A DNA stretch of 64,000 bases from Octopus vulgaris (Eukaryota). The stretch covers positions 71,052,001 through 71,116,000 of the forward strand of contig OX597820.1 of the NCBI GenBank assembly GCA_951406725.2, written 5' to 3'. Below, one piece after another: positions 50,208 to 64,000 of the stretch (positions within the stretch are counted from its first letter, which is position 1; the number at the start of each line of letters is the position of its first letter). Position numbers and translations under genes: made by a program. Under the pieces are notes generated by a model. The model was not told the origin of the DNA, made no database searches, and worked only from the letters and a program-made list of their open reading frames with translations.

Positions 50208-51469
50208 TAATATCTTATAGATATACCATAAGCATTTCGTACTAACTCCTTTTCTGCATATTGGTCATGGCCATTTCCTTTTTATGGTTGTAGGGTCTTA
50301 TTTTCTTTCCTACTTAACTCCAGTCTTTACTTGTCTTTCAGACAATATTCCTACTATAAGAGAATCAATTATAAATTTAATACCAAAACTTATAAATCAA
50401 TATCTATTTGAAAACCAAATAACTCGTATTTTTAAGAACAGTTTTAGTAAGTAATGCAATTACTTCTAAAGTTAAGGAATAAAAAGGTGTACAGCCAAAG
50501 TGAATAAAAATATCTCTTGGCAACAGAGTAAAGGAAGTTTGAAAATAGATCTCCATCTGCTGTCTCATTTATCACTACAAACAGACCTTTGCTTTGTTTT
50601 GTCAAGTCAACAGAATGCACTTGACCACAAATTTTATTTCCTTGTCTCTATTACAATCCCAAAAATGCTATTCATGAGAAAGTAAAAAATAAATAAATAA
50701 AATAAAATTAAAAAAATTATATATATATAAAGAACTGTTTATCCACTAGCATTTAGCTATAATATATTTACATTTCCCTAGTCTGCTGGACTGACTGACT
50801 GTGATGTATTTCTCCTACTATTGCATTCTTTCATTAAAATCAAAGATAGTCAGATTCAACTCCTTCCTTTATCACTAAAGCACCACACAATGTATAGATT
50901 CTAACATTATATTGATTGCATCAATGTTTTATATTACAATTCTTACTGCCAACTCATTTAAATTCTTTACTTTTTTTCTTTCTTTTTTTTTTTTTCACAG
51001 ACAAGTTATTCAGTTAGTTGTATTAATTGGCTCGTTATAAAATTGAATACTTCATTTATTACTCATCCATGAAATCTATCTTCTTCCAAGAGGGTATCCA
51101 GAAATGGAAATTAAGGAAATTAAATGTTGAGGGTCAGTTAGGTTATCATATTGTTAAAACTTGCTTCTTAAAGGGTCTATAATTGTAGGTGACATTAAAA
51201 AGCTTCTGTTGAATCGAAGTCTACATTAGCAGAAAATGAAATCCTGAGTTAAGTATAGTAATGAATCTGGCAACAACTCAGGAGAGAAAGAGAGAGAAGA
51301 GGTGGGGATGAGGGGTGACTAACATCCAAAGTAATTGACTTAATCCAAAATTGAGACAACAAGATAACCTCCAATGAGGAAGCATCCACAGGGTCATTCG
51401 ATCAGCTAGAAATAGCACCTAAATCTTTATCTAATTATACTAAATTATAGCAGGTGTGGCTGTGTGGTA

Positions 51470-51845
51470 AAAAAGTTTGCTTCTAAACTACATGGTTCTT
51501 GGTTCAGTCCCACTGCATGGTACCTCAGTAAGTATCTTCTACTATAGTCACAGGTCAGCCAAAGCCTTGCGTGTAGATTTGGTAGCTGAAAACTGAAAGA
51601 AGTCATCTCTCTTTCTATATGTGTGTGTGTCTTTAATTGTGTTTGCCCCACCACCACCACTTCATAACCAGCATAGGTATGTTTATACCCCAGTAACTTA
51701 GCGGTTTGGCCACAGAGATCAACAGAATAAATACCAGATTTAAAAAAAAAAGTACTGGGGTTGATTTGCTTGACTAAAACTTTACAAAGCAATGCCCCAG
51801 CCTGGCCACACTCCAAAGACTTAACCAAGTAAAAGCATAAAAGAG
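51470..51845 (+). mobile_element. CORE-type SINE family A (older copy)
   Basis: Head, CORE and tail are recognisable. Confidence 0.8.
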
Positions 51846-52483
51846 ACCATCTTAAAAAAAAGTACAAGTTGGTTTATATGGTTTTGGTTTCATTAATTGT
51901 TCGGTTCAATCACCAGGCCAATTTTGTGAATACCACAGAAAAACAGAAACATTGAGGAAATATAAATTTGAGGTAGAAACAGTAACTCATCACCATCATC
52001 ATCATCATTATATTACTGTCCAATCGTCCATGCTTTCACGGGTTGGATGGTGCATACTTTGTCGGTTTTCTATGGCCAGATGCTCTTCCTGTGGTTAACC
52101 GTTACCTGTTTCCAGGCAAGGTAATATTTCCAAATGACCAGACATTTTGCAGAATATTGGGAATGAATGATGTTGATTTACAGCAATCATGTGATGCCAA
52201 GATAAGGAGACACAAACATACACACACTTACACATGGACACATACACACACATTCACACATGCATACACACACACACACACACAATCCACTCAAAACGCT
52301 TTGGTCAACCCAGGGCTATAGCAGAAGGCATTTACCCAAGATACCATGCAGTGGGACAGAACCTGAAACCATGTGGTTGGGAAACAAGGAAAACTTTTCA
52401 ACCACATAGCCACATCTGTGCCTAATTCAGATTTACATAAATCTATTTTATGTTCCTTAGATTGGTAATACTGTCAATAATTA

Positions 52484-52917
52484 CAAGGCGGTGAGCTAGC
52501 AGAAATATTAGCACGCCAGGCTTAGCGATATTTCGTCTGTCTTTATGTTCTGAGTTAAAATTCCACCGAGGTTAACTTTGCCTTTCATCCTTTCAGGGTT
52601 GATAAATTAAGTACCAGTTGCATACTGGGGTCAATCTAATTGACTGGACCCCTTCCCAGAAATTTTGGGCCGTGATCCTAGAGTATAAAAGAATATTTCT
52701 TTAAAGTAGTGAGCTGGCAGAAACGTTAGCATGCCAGGCAAAATGCTTAGCAGTATTTCGTCTGTCTTTACGTTCTGAGTTCAAAATCTGCCAAGGTCAA
52801 CTTTGCCTTTCATCCTTTTGGGGTTGATAAAGTACTAGTTGAGTAATGGGGGCGATCTAATCGATTGGTCCCCTCTCCAAAAATTTCAGGCCGTGTGCCT
52901 AGAGTAGTAAAGAATAT
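52484..52917 (+). mobile_element. Two tandem family M SINEs
   Basis: Copies at about 52484-52697 and 52704-52917, each ending CCTAGAGTA...AAGAATATT. Confidence 0.85.
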
Positions 52918-54175
52918 TGTCAATAATTACACACACATATACATATATAATATAGATACAAAACAGGCTTCCACACAGTTTCTGCTTATGAATTTCACTC
53001 ACAAGGTTGATCTGGGACTTGCCCAAGGTGTCAGGAATGGTTCATATGCATGACACATTTTTTTTTTTTTTTTAAATCTCTGACACTGATGGAAAAAAAG
53101 ATAGATCTTATTTTCAGACTAGTAACCTGCCAGAATACTTGCAACAAAGTGGAGTCTGTTAAAGGCTCCAAAGAGCCAAGTGATGGTGTTAAACTGGACA
53201 ATGGATTGAGACTATTACCCAAGAACAATCCTTTCAACGGGCATCCACAGTTTGTGTCAGGCAAATTTCTTTTACAAGCTTTTGGCTGATCTGAGACTAT
53301 GGTGAAAAATATTTATCAAACATGAAATACAGTTAGATTAGAAGACGTGGCTGGCAACGATAAAGGCAGATGTGGAAGAACAACTAAGCCTTTGTATCTG
53401 TTTTTTTGGCAGTAGAACTGGGAGTGGGTACCCATTACAGCTGCAACTGCAATCAACCTTCGGATGCAGTCTGCATTCGTAAGTGAAGTGGTGAACTCAT
53501 TGGTAGGAACCTGCTCCACCCACATGAGGTGAATGCAGCCACAAGTACCTATTAGTAGTAAGTTAAATTGAAGTGAAATAGCATAGTTTTAAAGTGAATT
53601 TCTTAACTCGTCTCTTTCTAAATCAACAAACTGATCACTATATAACCTCCAAATGTGGAATTTTACTGATTAAAAAGGTAAAGATTCAATTGAAAAGAAA
53701 AAGGAATTTAATTGGTAGGAATCAACCTGCAAAAATTCCAAACAAACGAAATCATTTAACAGAGAATCCTGAACAATACTTGGCATCACTTTGTATTCTA
53801 ATAGTTAATTAGAAGCTTTATATCAGCAGAACTTTAAACCTCTTTTAAAACCAACTTGTCTAAAACTACTCATTGTAAAGTGTTTAAATTTGAATGAAAA
53901 TATCGATTGAAATTTCATTATAACTTGACTGATATTGTGAGCTCCATTAGTCAACAGCAATATCATATATCAAATACATGTTACAGATATTTTATTAAAC
54001 CTATCTAAATTCTTGATTATATCAAAAATTCATTCAAATAGAGGCAGTCTACTCATAGGAAAGATAATCATACAAGGGTTAAATGCAATAAACCGGATGA
54101 GAAATTTTGCGTAAATGAACTTCAGAGGCAGACATATTGACTAGCATTATAGCATAAATTAGAAATGGCAACATT

Positions 54176-54354
54176 AGGCATGGCTGTGTGATAAGAAGCT
54201 TGCATCCCAACCACATGGCTCCAGGTTCAGTCCAACTGCATGGCACCTTCAGCAAGTGCCTTCCACTATAGCCTTGGGTCAACCAAAGTCTTGTGAGTGG
54301 ATTTGGTAGATTGAGACTGAAAGAAGCCTGTTATCATCATCACCATCATCATAC

Positions 54355-54386
<32 letters not shown>

Positions 54387-54775
54387 TCTCGGAGTGGTTG
54401 GCATTAGGAAGGGTATCCAGCTGCAGAAACTCTACCAGATCATATTGGAGTCTGGTGCCTCAAGTCAAACCATCCAACCTATGCCAGCATGAAAAGCAGA
54501 CGTTAAACGAGGATGATGATGATGATGATCATCATCATCATATACACGTATGTATGTGTGTGTGTGCATAACTTTGTGACTGTGTTTGTCCCCCACCACT
54601 ACTTGACAACCAGCATCAGTGTGTTTATGTCACCATAACTTAGTGGTTCGGCAGAGGAGACTGATAGAATAAGCACCAGGCTTCAAAAAGATAAGTGCAT
54701 GCAACTAAAAAGAAATTCTTCAAGGCAGTGCCCCAGCATGGCAGCAGTCTAATGGCTGGATCAAATAAAAGACAA
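54176..54775 (+). mobile_element. Family A SINE interrupted at its microsatellite by an RTE 3'-end copy
   Basis: Head and CORE at 54176-54330, RTE tail at about 54385-54530, SINE 3' half at 54560-54775. Confidence 0.75.
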
Positions 54776-56134
54776 AAATATATACACACAGACATGCATG
54801 TACATTTACACACATACACACATTATGTATTAAGGTTATTTCTATAGATACTCTATAGAAATTATAGCTAACACTGATTTTTGCTACAATGTTTCATATA
54901 CGAGACAACAGATGTAAACAACGAGATTGAAGTTGAAAAACAGGTAATGGGTGTATATGCCATATTTTGAGATGTTTGGCCTACAAGTCAATTATATATA
55001 TATACATAGGATTGTTTCATTAAAGGCATGTATCGCCTTGACCTTTGAAACGTGGAGTAGATGAAACAAAGGTGACTGAAGAAGGGGAATTTTCCTTGTT
55101 TCGTATGTCCTGTACTCTATTTTTTCGTTGTTTAAGAAAAATGCCCATTTCCTTGGTTTTGTGTTTATGTTTTCGTTTCTCATTGTGTTTGACGTTTTTT
55201 TGGTGTCCTGTACCCATATATGCATGTATATATACACGTAGAGGTAGGTACGTACATATATGTATGTATATATGCATATGTTTTATTTATTTATTAATTT
55301 ATTATATGATGGAACGCACGCATCCATTTCTAAGTAAGATTGTTCTTTATATATATATATATATATATCCACACATACACACACACACACAAAGATATGT
55401 ATGTATATAGCAATTTGCATGTCATACTTACAACAGATACATCATGAAATGCCATATTAACTGCTGTATTTGTCCTGAGATAATATCTCTTAATGACATG
55501 CAGTGTTAAAAAGTAGCAAACAAAAAGTGACCATCAGCAGTGATGCTAGTGCTAGATGTGTCTTTGGGCTTCATCAGTAGCAAGTACTCAGTAGCATCTG
55601 CATGCTAAGACAAAATCCAGTGTTACAGATATAGAAAAACAGTGACTGAAAAATGCTGATTCTACATTAAGCATGTTATGTAGATTGGCATTTTAAACTA
55701 ATATTGTCCTGGTGCATATAATGAATTTTTATTCAACCAGGCATCTAAATGCAACATCAGTGAAATTTTTTACATCAGTAACAACGAATTCTGTCTTGGT
55801 GCACACACACATATTACTATATTTCATAGTACAAGTGCGGTGTAAAGTGCTTCTAGATATGCTATAATTTTTGAAATATTAAAATATTCCTGTTGTGCAG
55901 TACACTTACATTTTAGCCTAATGTAAAAATCTTCGGTTTCACTAAATTCTGTATATTCATACTTAATATGTATTTTAGCATTACAACGGATTCAAGAACA
56001 TTCTGGAAACCATAAATTGTAATTTCAAGAAATCATTAAAATTTGATTCCTTTAAATATATAAAAAATTGTTATTATGTAAAACACATTAAAATTTTCAT
56101 GAACACATTTAAAACCATTATGAACATATATAAA

Positions 56135-56952
<818 letters not shown>

Positions 56953-57394
56953 TATTCATATATCCTTTCAATCCTCAATTTACCACAAGATTAATTCTGT
57001 TTCCGTAAAAGATGCTACATGTATTCTTTCGAAAAATAGTTTCTTTTAAAACATATAGCTAAAGTAGGGTATCGTAATTTCTCTAAAAATATATTCCGAG
57101 ACATTAATAGGAGTTGCTTTACAAATAATCTTGTCTCTGAAAGCAGCAATGCAAAATATCTATTTTACAAAGAAAATATTTTGCCACAGCAATAAAAATG
57201 TTTCACAAATGTGTCAAGTGATGTTTGAAATAGAAAAAAAAAAAAAAAAAAAAAAGAAGCTGTTTCTGTAATTGAAAAGAGAAAGTGTCATCTTATTCAG
57301 GTTGCATATATAAACATGAGATTCCATATAAGACAGTTTCCTTACTTTTCTTCAATTATTCTACAACTAAAGGAGATAAAATACATATGTAAAC

Positions 57395-57810
<416 letters not shown>

Positions 57811-58897
57811 TGAGTCTGAGTGTGTGTGTCTGTCTGTCTGTCTAAAAGAAAAAATTCAATATTATTTGGTTTTATTAAGTGTGGAAACCTAGATTTCTAC
57901 CTAATTATGCTTATAAAATGTTTTCAAAATGTAGGTTATCTTCAAAAATAGCTTTTTTCAGTCTTCTTCACATATAAAACCATGAAAGAGTACTTGTTAC
58001 TTTGTAAACATCTTCACTTAATAAAACAGCTTTAGAATGCACAAATATAGGTACAAACTAAAACAGATTGGTTAAGCAAAATAATTTCTTATCATTGAGT
58101 TTAATGATCCTATTTCAAATTCAATCTCACCAGTATCCATCTTATTTAGCTGTTAATTTTCCCCTGAACAAACACAGTTCTGATTACACCGTTAAAACAC
58201 TATAATAACGTTATGCGTGGGCACAAATATAGCTATGTGGTTTAGAAATTCTCATTTGGTCCCGAGTTCAATCTCACCTCAGGATATCAGGCAATATGGA
58301 TGAGTGTCTTTTATCATAGACACACGTCAACTAATAATTTGGCAGTGAAATTTAGTAGACAGAAACTTTTTTGGCATGGTTTCTTATAGCTGGATGTCAT
58401 TCCTAATGCCAGCCATTTTACAGAGTGCACTGGGTGCTATATGTATGGCACTAGCATAAATGGGGCCACCAATTAATTCACAAGACAAGGCTACCTACCC
58501 ACTCAACTGACGAGGATGTAGTATCAAGGGAGATAGCTTTATCCAAGGAGACACAGGAGCAGGTGACTTTTAATACATGAGATATATAGTTACACCTGTT
58601 GGAGAAGGAGAAAAAAAGGTGGTGAACAGGTGTTAGCATGTATGCTCAAGTCATAGGTACGTGATAAAAGAGAAGAGGTTCAGAGGATTGGATAAAGTAA
58701 ATGAGTAGGTAAGTTCATCAGTGTGTGAAAGTAGAGAGAAGCAACAGAGAGGCAGATGAATAGAGATTGAGAAAGAGGTGAGTGAAGTAAAATGTGAATA
58801 TGGGGGGAAGCGTAATATACATATATATGTATGTATATCACTATCATCATCATCATTTAACATCTGCCTTTCCATGATAATGACGATGATGATGATG

Positions 58898-58941
<44 letters not shown>

Positions 58942-58948
<7 letters not shown>

Positions 58949-59498
58949 AATATTAACAGAATGAGATAAAAAATCCAAGGCTGTGAAAGTTTTCAGAACA
59001 TTTATAAAGAGAAGGCCTTACAGCTGTTTCCAGGATATTTTATATATCTCTTCATCGGAGATGGTGCAAGAAAATGTTTCAGTAATAGTTATTAAAGAGA
59101 AGATATGAAATACAGAGTGAAGTGGAAGAATGAAAACAGATGTGAGATATGTAAGAATATTGTATCTGCAGTTCCATTATTTAAGCAGAATGGTATATAA
59201 GTAAGTTGGAACTCACACACATGGTACAGGAAACTTACATATACACCATTCTGCTTACATAATGGAACTGCTAATACAATATCCTTACGTATCTCACATC
59301 TGTTTTCATTCTTCCACTTCACTCTGTATTTCATATCTTCTCTTTAATAACTATTACTGAAACATTTTCTTGCACCATCTCCGATGAAGGGATATATAAA
59401 ATATCCTGGAAACAGCTGTAAGGCCTTCTCTTTATAAATGTTCTGAAAACTTTCACAGCCTTGGATTTTTTTATCTCATTCAGTTAATATTTATATAT
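58942..59498. repeat. Long inverted repeat: arms of about 266 bp, 24-nt spacer
   Basis: 58942-59207 is the reverse complement of 59232-59498, with about 10 differences by manual comparison. Confidence 0.97.
59378..59423 (+). ncRNA. Minimal hammerhead-like motif in the right arm (mirror copy at 59016-59061, minus strand)
   Basis: TCT-CCGATGA-A-GGGATAT ATAAA ATATCCT-G-GAAA-CAGCTG-TA-AGG; palindromic stem III ACAGCTGT, GUA triplet. Confidence 0.65.
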
Positions 59499-59651
59499 TT
59501 GCATGCTAATATATGACTCACGTTGGACACCTCATTCACATAATCATCAAACCTAGAACTTAACTATAGTGTGTCCATAGCACCTACTCAGCACTACATG
59601 ACACCTTTGGATCTTCTTGACACCATTACCTCTCATAGTGTTTTTCAGATG

Positions 59652-59721
59652 GCCAGATAACCGAAGAGATGGTGTTGTGGATTTCTACTTCGGCATCTGA
59701 AACTCAGAGTTTTATCTTGGC
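59652..59721 (+). ncRNA. Hammerhead-like motif with long stem I
   Basis: GCCAGATAA-CCGAAGA-GATG...CATC-T-GAAA-CTC A GAG-TT-TTATCTTGGC. Stem I has 9 bp with one bulge; the triplet is GUU. Confidence 0.65.
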
Positions 59722-60459
59722 TATTGTATAATTGTCACATATTAATTTATAGATATATTTATATATATATATTTATACAGACACACACATATATATAAAT
59801 TAACATAATAAATATCTGATTAATAATATCTGTTATCATTATTGTGTGGTGGTGGTGGTGGGCGATAATAATTCACCGTTGTAAAAGCCCTGTGGCGGGA
59901 ATATTTAAACTTCAAGGGAGTGAAATATATTTCCGACACAATATAATTATTTACTATTTTGTTCCACTCCATTAATCACACTTGCAGCTGTCAACGCTTT
60001 CTCTCTATAGATACAGAAAGATGTAAAGAGAGAGATAGAGAGAGGCTGGAGGTGAAAGAGCAACAGAGAGACAGTAAATACGGAGAGGGAAAGAGAGTGA
60101 GTAGAAGCTGTCAAAAGCTGTTATAGAGATAAATAGGAGGGAAGGGGGAAAGAGAGAGATGGAAGAAAAAAGAGTGATAACCGTAAGAGAGAAACAACAA
60201 ACAACAAACACTGTTTAAAGACAATGAATTTTCACTCTTTCTGCCATAGCAACCACACCTTTATAGCTTGCAAATTTTAACCATTGTGTGTCTCATCCTC
60301 ACCACATATTTAGTATCCCTGCCAATTTTCAGCTCGATCCTAGCCTGGTTTGGCCACCATAAACTGTCAAAGCAAAATGTGCATACAATTGTCATCCAAG
60401 GACTGTTTTATAGATATAGATAAGTATACATCATCATTTAAAGTCTGCTTATATAAGTG

Positions 60460-60622
60460 CAGGAGAGGCTGTGTGGTAAGTAGCTTGCTGACCAACCATA
60501 TGGTTGCGGCTTCAGTCCCACTGCGTGACACCTTGGGCAAGTGTCTTCAACTATAGCCTCAAGCCGACCAAAGCCTTGTGAGTGGATTCGGTAGACAGAA
60601 ACTGAAAGAAGCCCGTCGTATG

Positions 60623-60655
<33 letters not shown>

Positions 60656-60862
60656 AAGTTTGTGTGTCTGTGTTTGTCCCCATACTATTGCTTGACAACT
60701 AATATTGGTGTGTTTGCTACCCTGTAACTTAGCGGTTCAGCAAAGAACCAATAGAATAAGTACTAGGCTTATAAAGAATAAAACCTGGGGTCAATTTGTT
60801 TGACTAAAGGCAGTACTGCAGCATGGCCGCAGTCAAATGACTGAAACAAATAAAAGAATAAA
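60460..60862 (+). mobile_element. CORE-type SINE family A
   Basis: Full-length copy. Confidence 0.9.
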
Positions 60863-61086
60863 ACGATTATATCATCCTCATCATTATCATTTAACATCCA
60901 CTTTGATGATACATATATTTCTTTATTTACTAGGTATGAAGCTATGTAAGTGATTCTAGGTCCCAAAGTGTCATGCAACAGTTTTTCTAAAATCAATAAA
61001 GAAGCACTATATGCATTGAGTTTTATTTTCTCTGTTTGAATCAGCAAACCTATACAGCCACATCGATGTATACATCAAATATATAT

Positions 61087-61238
61087 ATCATCATCATCAT
61101 CATCATCATCATTTAGCGTCCGTTTTCCATGCTAGCATGGGTTGGACGGTTCAACTGGGGTCTGTGAAGCTGGAAGGCTTCATCAGGCCCAGTCAGATCT
61201 GGCAGTGTTTCTACGGCTGGATGCCCTTCCTAACGCCA
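61087..61238 (-). mobile_element. Short 3' end of RTE LINE, young subfamily
   Basis: Starts at TGGCGTTAGG on the minus strand, has a (GAT)n tail, and is flanked by short TA runs. Confidence 0.85.
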
Positions 61239-61254
61239 TATATATATGATGTAC

Positions 61255-62041
61255 GAGTGGTTGTGTGGTAAGTAGATTGCTTACCAACCACATGGTTCCA
61301 GGTTCAGGCACACTGTGTTACACCTTGGGCAAGTGTTTACTACTATATCCTCGGGCTGACCAAAGCCTTATGAGTGTATTTGGCAGACGGAAACTGAAAG
61401 AAGCCCATTGTATATATATATATATTTATATATGTATGTATGCATGTATGCATGTATGTGTCTGTATTTGTCCCCCAACCATCACTTGACAACCGATGTT
61501 GGTGTGTTTACATCCTTATAACTTAGCGGTTTGGCAAAAAAGATAGAATAGGTACTAGGCTTACAAAGAATAAGCCCTGGGGTTGATTTGTTCGACTAAA
61601 TCTGGTACTCCAGCATGGCCACAGTCAAATGACTGAAACAAATAAAAGAATATGAGTGGCTGGGTGGTAAGTAGCTTGCTTACCAGCCACATCGTTCCGG
61701 GTTCAATCTCACTGCATGGCACTTTGGGCAAGTGTCTTCTACTATAGCCTCGGGCCAACCAAAGCCTTGTGAGTGGATTTGGTAGATGGAAACTGAAAGA
61801 AGCCCGTCGTATATATATGTATATGTATGTGTGTGTATATGTTTGCATATCTGTTCTCGTCCCCCAACATTACTTGACAACCGACACTGGTGTGTTTACG
61901 TCCCCATAATTTAGCAGTTTGGCAAAAGAAACTAATAGAATAAGTACTAGGCTTATAAAGAATAAGTCCTGGGGTCGATTTCTTCGACTAAAGGCAGTGC
62001 TCCAGCTTGGCTGCAGTCAAATGACAAACAAGTAAAAGAGT
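61255..62041 (+). mobile_element. Two head-to-tail family A SINEs
   Basis: Copies at about 61255-61650 and 61654-62041. Confidence 0.9.
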
Positions 62042-62070
62042 ACACACACACACACATACACACAAACATA

Positions 62071-62186
62071 GATTGGTAGATAGGCAAGCAGGCAGGTAGG
62101 TAGGAGGTAGGCAGGTAGGTAGGAGGTAGGTAGGTAGGTAGGTAGGTAGGTAGGTAGGTAGGTAGGTAGGTAGGTAAATAGATAGA

Positions 62187-62222
<36 letters not shown>

Positions 62223-62267
62223 TAGACAGACAGACAGACAGACTGAGAGATAGATAGATAGACAGAC

Positions 62268-62365
<98 letters not shown>

Positions 62366-62430
62366 TTAGATAGATAGACAGACAGATAGACAAACAGACA
62401 GATAGATAGATAGACAGATAGATAGATGTA
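62071..62430. repeat. Compound (GGTA)(GATA)(GACA) microsatellite
   Basis: Directly visible. Confidence 0.95.
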
Positions 62431-62628
62431 CATATACATATACAAACACACGCAGATAGACAGATGTGTTTGTATATCTTTTTTCAATGTATATCAATGA
62501 AGGTTACAAACATTGGTGAGAAGTCCCTTGTCACTCTCATTGTCAAAAACACAGTGCACCAGTAACTAACCCATTGCAAACCAATCACCAATGATCCTAT
62601 TGTTCGTAAAAAGGTTTTTTTTTATTCC

Positions 62629-62684
62629 TAATGATCCTATTTCTCATAATGATCTTATTGTTCATAACGATCCTATTGTTTATA
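62629..62684. repeat. 18-bp tandem repeat x3 (TAATGATCCTATTGTTCA-like)
   Basis: Three adjacent units plus one more copy at about 62590. Confidence 0.8.
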
Positions 62685-63967
62685 AGTAATGATTTGGATG
62701 GGAACAAATAAAATATGTAGTTACAAAAACACCATCAATTTCACTTCCAATTTATTTTCTTAGCTTGATTGAAAAACTGTCTTTCTATATATGCTGTGTA
62801 TTTTTTTTTTTTTTTTTTTTTTTTGCACTGCACAATCCAAATGGTTGGCATGGAGTTGTTCTGCAACACACTTCAACCTCTGGCCTGCAGATGTGCTTTC
62901 TGCACTCTCTGCCTTTGCTATAGCAACCACAGTAGTCTCTGCACTTTGAGTTTGGTTGATTCATACAACCACCAGCATGGATCACCCGACTAGTTCATCT
63001 CTCCTCTCGTCATATACATTCTATCTGTCAGGTGCACTGCTTCAAGAATTTCTAAAGTAACAGAATAAAAAAATATTAAACTCAGAAAAGACTTCGGTAA
63101 ATTCCATCTATTTTGTTAGCAATCTAAGAAATAAATCTTGCTTCAAATCTTAATGAAAAATTTGTCCTCTTTATCAAATGTTTTTTCATTCACATTTTCA
63201 TGTTCACTTGAGGAGGATACATTTTGTAAATTTGGATGTGTGTATATGAATTTTATTTTTATAATTGGAGACCCTAAATACATTTTGTAAAGGAAGAAAG
63301 GAATTTATTGTTCTCTTAATCATAATTGTTCTCTTAATTATAAAGCAACATTGTAGAGAGGTTGGTAAAATTCCAGAAACCTAAATGGAACATTGTAAGG
63401 TAGGTTCTAAGCAGAAATCCCTAAATAAAGAGAAAAGAAACAACCAAGACACAAATGGATCAAAGATTTTGGAATAAGCATGAAAAAGATGGGATACACC
63501 TGAAATCATCAACATCCACTTTTTCATGCTTTCAGAGGGAATTTCTTGAGGCTGATGCCCTTCATGTCCACAACCCTCACCTGTTTCTAAGCGAGTTAAT
63601 ATTACCCCCATGGTTCGACATGTTTTTCACAAAAGGGTAGAAACAAACAACCTAGTTTGTATAACAATGATGTTCATTTACAACCATCACATGATGTCTA
63701 GGCAAGAGTCCACAAAAACATTTCTATTTACCAAATCCACTTACAAGCTTTTGGTCAACCCAGAGCTATTACTGAAGACTCTTGCCCAAGATGCTAACGT
63801 GCCAAGATCACATGGTTGGGAAGCAAGCTTGATGCTACTTAAGCATGTTGTCTACCACAGTGTCTGTAGTCTATGTCATGAAATGACCTGATCTATTGAG
63901 AGAGACCTCAGCTGTTTTTGTGATTTCTCAAGGTATGAATTTATTACCTGTTTTTTTCTTTTCTTTT

Positions 63968-64000
63968 TTCTCTTTTACTTGTTTCAGTCATTTGACTGCG
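63968..64000 (-). mobile_element. Family A SINE tail, cut by the window edge
   Basis: CTCTTTTACTTGTTTCAGTCATTTGACTGCG. Confidence 0.8.

Noticed and set aside
53050-53550. Cluster of short ORFs in slightly GC-richer sequence
   Set aside because: May be an old transposon remnant, but my LINE and transposase readings were inconsistent; left uncalled.

Overview
AT-rich eukaryotic non-coding DNA, densely repetitive, and most likely from an octopus (coleoid cephalopod); the organism is inferred from the SINE families and microsatellite load. I find no intact protein-coding gene, rRNA, true tRNA or CRISPR array. Nearly all ORFs in the supplied track are translations of microsatellites or SINEs. The window is a stack of mobile elements: at least five tRNA-headed SINE families (CORE-type, Meta-like, V-like); many 3' ends of an RTE-clade LINE; a full-length decayed mariner nested in a SINE; a deleted maT-like Tc1/mariner; a non-autonomous Helitron; hAT- and piggyBac-like MITEs; a rearranged Gypsy remnant; and a Penelope-like GIY-YIG remnant. 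The most interesting signal is a set of minimal hammerhead-ribozyme motifs (2764, 4573, 16914, 59016/59378, 59652) in short modules adjoining (TA)n tracts. One has a canonical core, three share the same U4-to-C core change, and one sits in both arms of a ~560-bp near-perfect inverted repeat. Repeat-free blocks rich in TAAT/TGTCA motifs suggest a large intron or gene desert containing regulatory elements. All coordinates were read by eye, and repeat boundaries are approximate to within about 10 bp unless a TIR/TSD is quoted.
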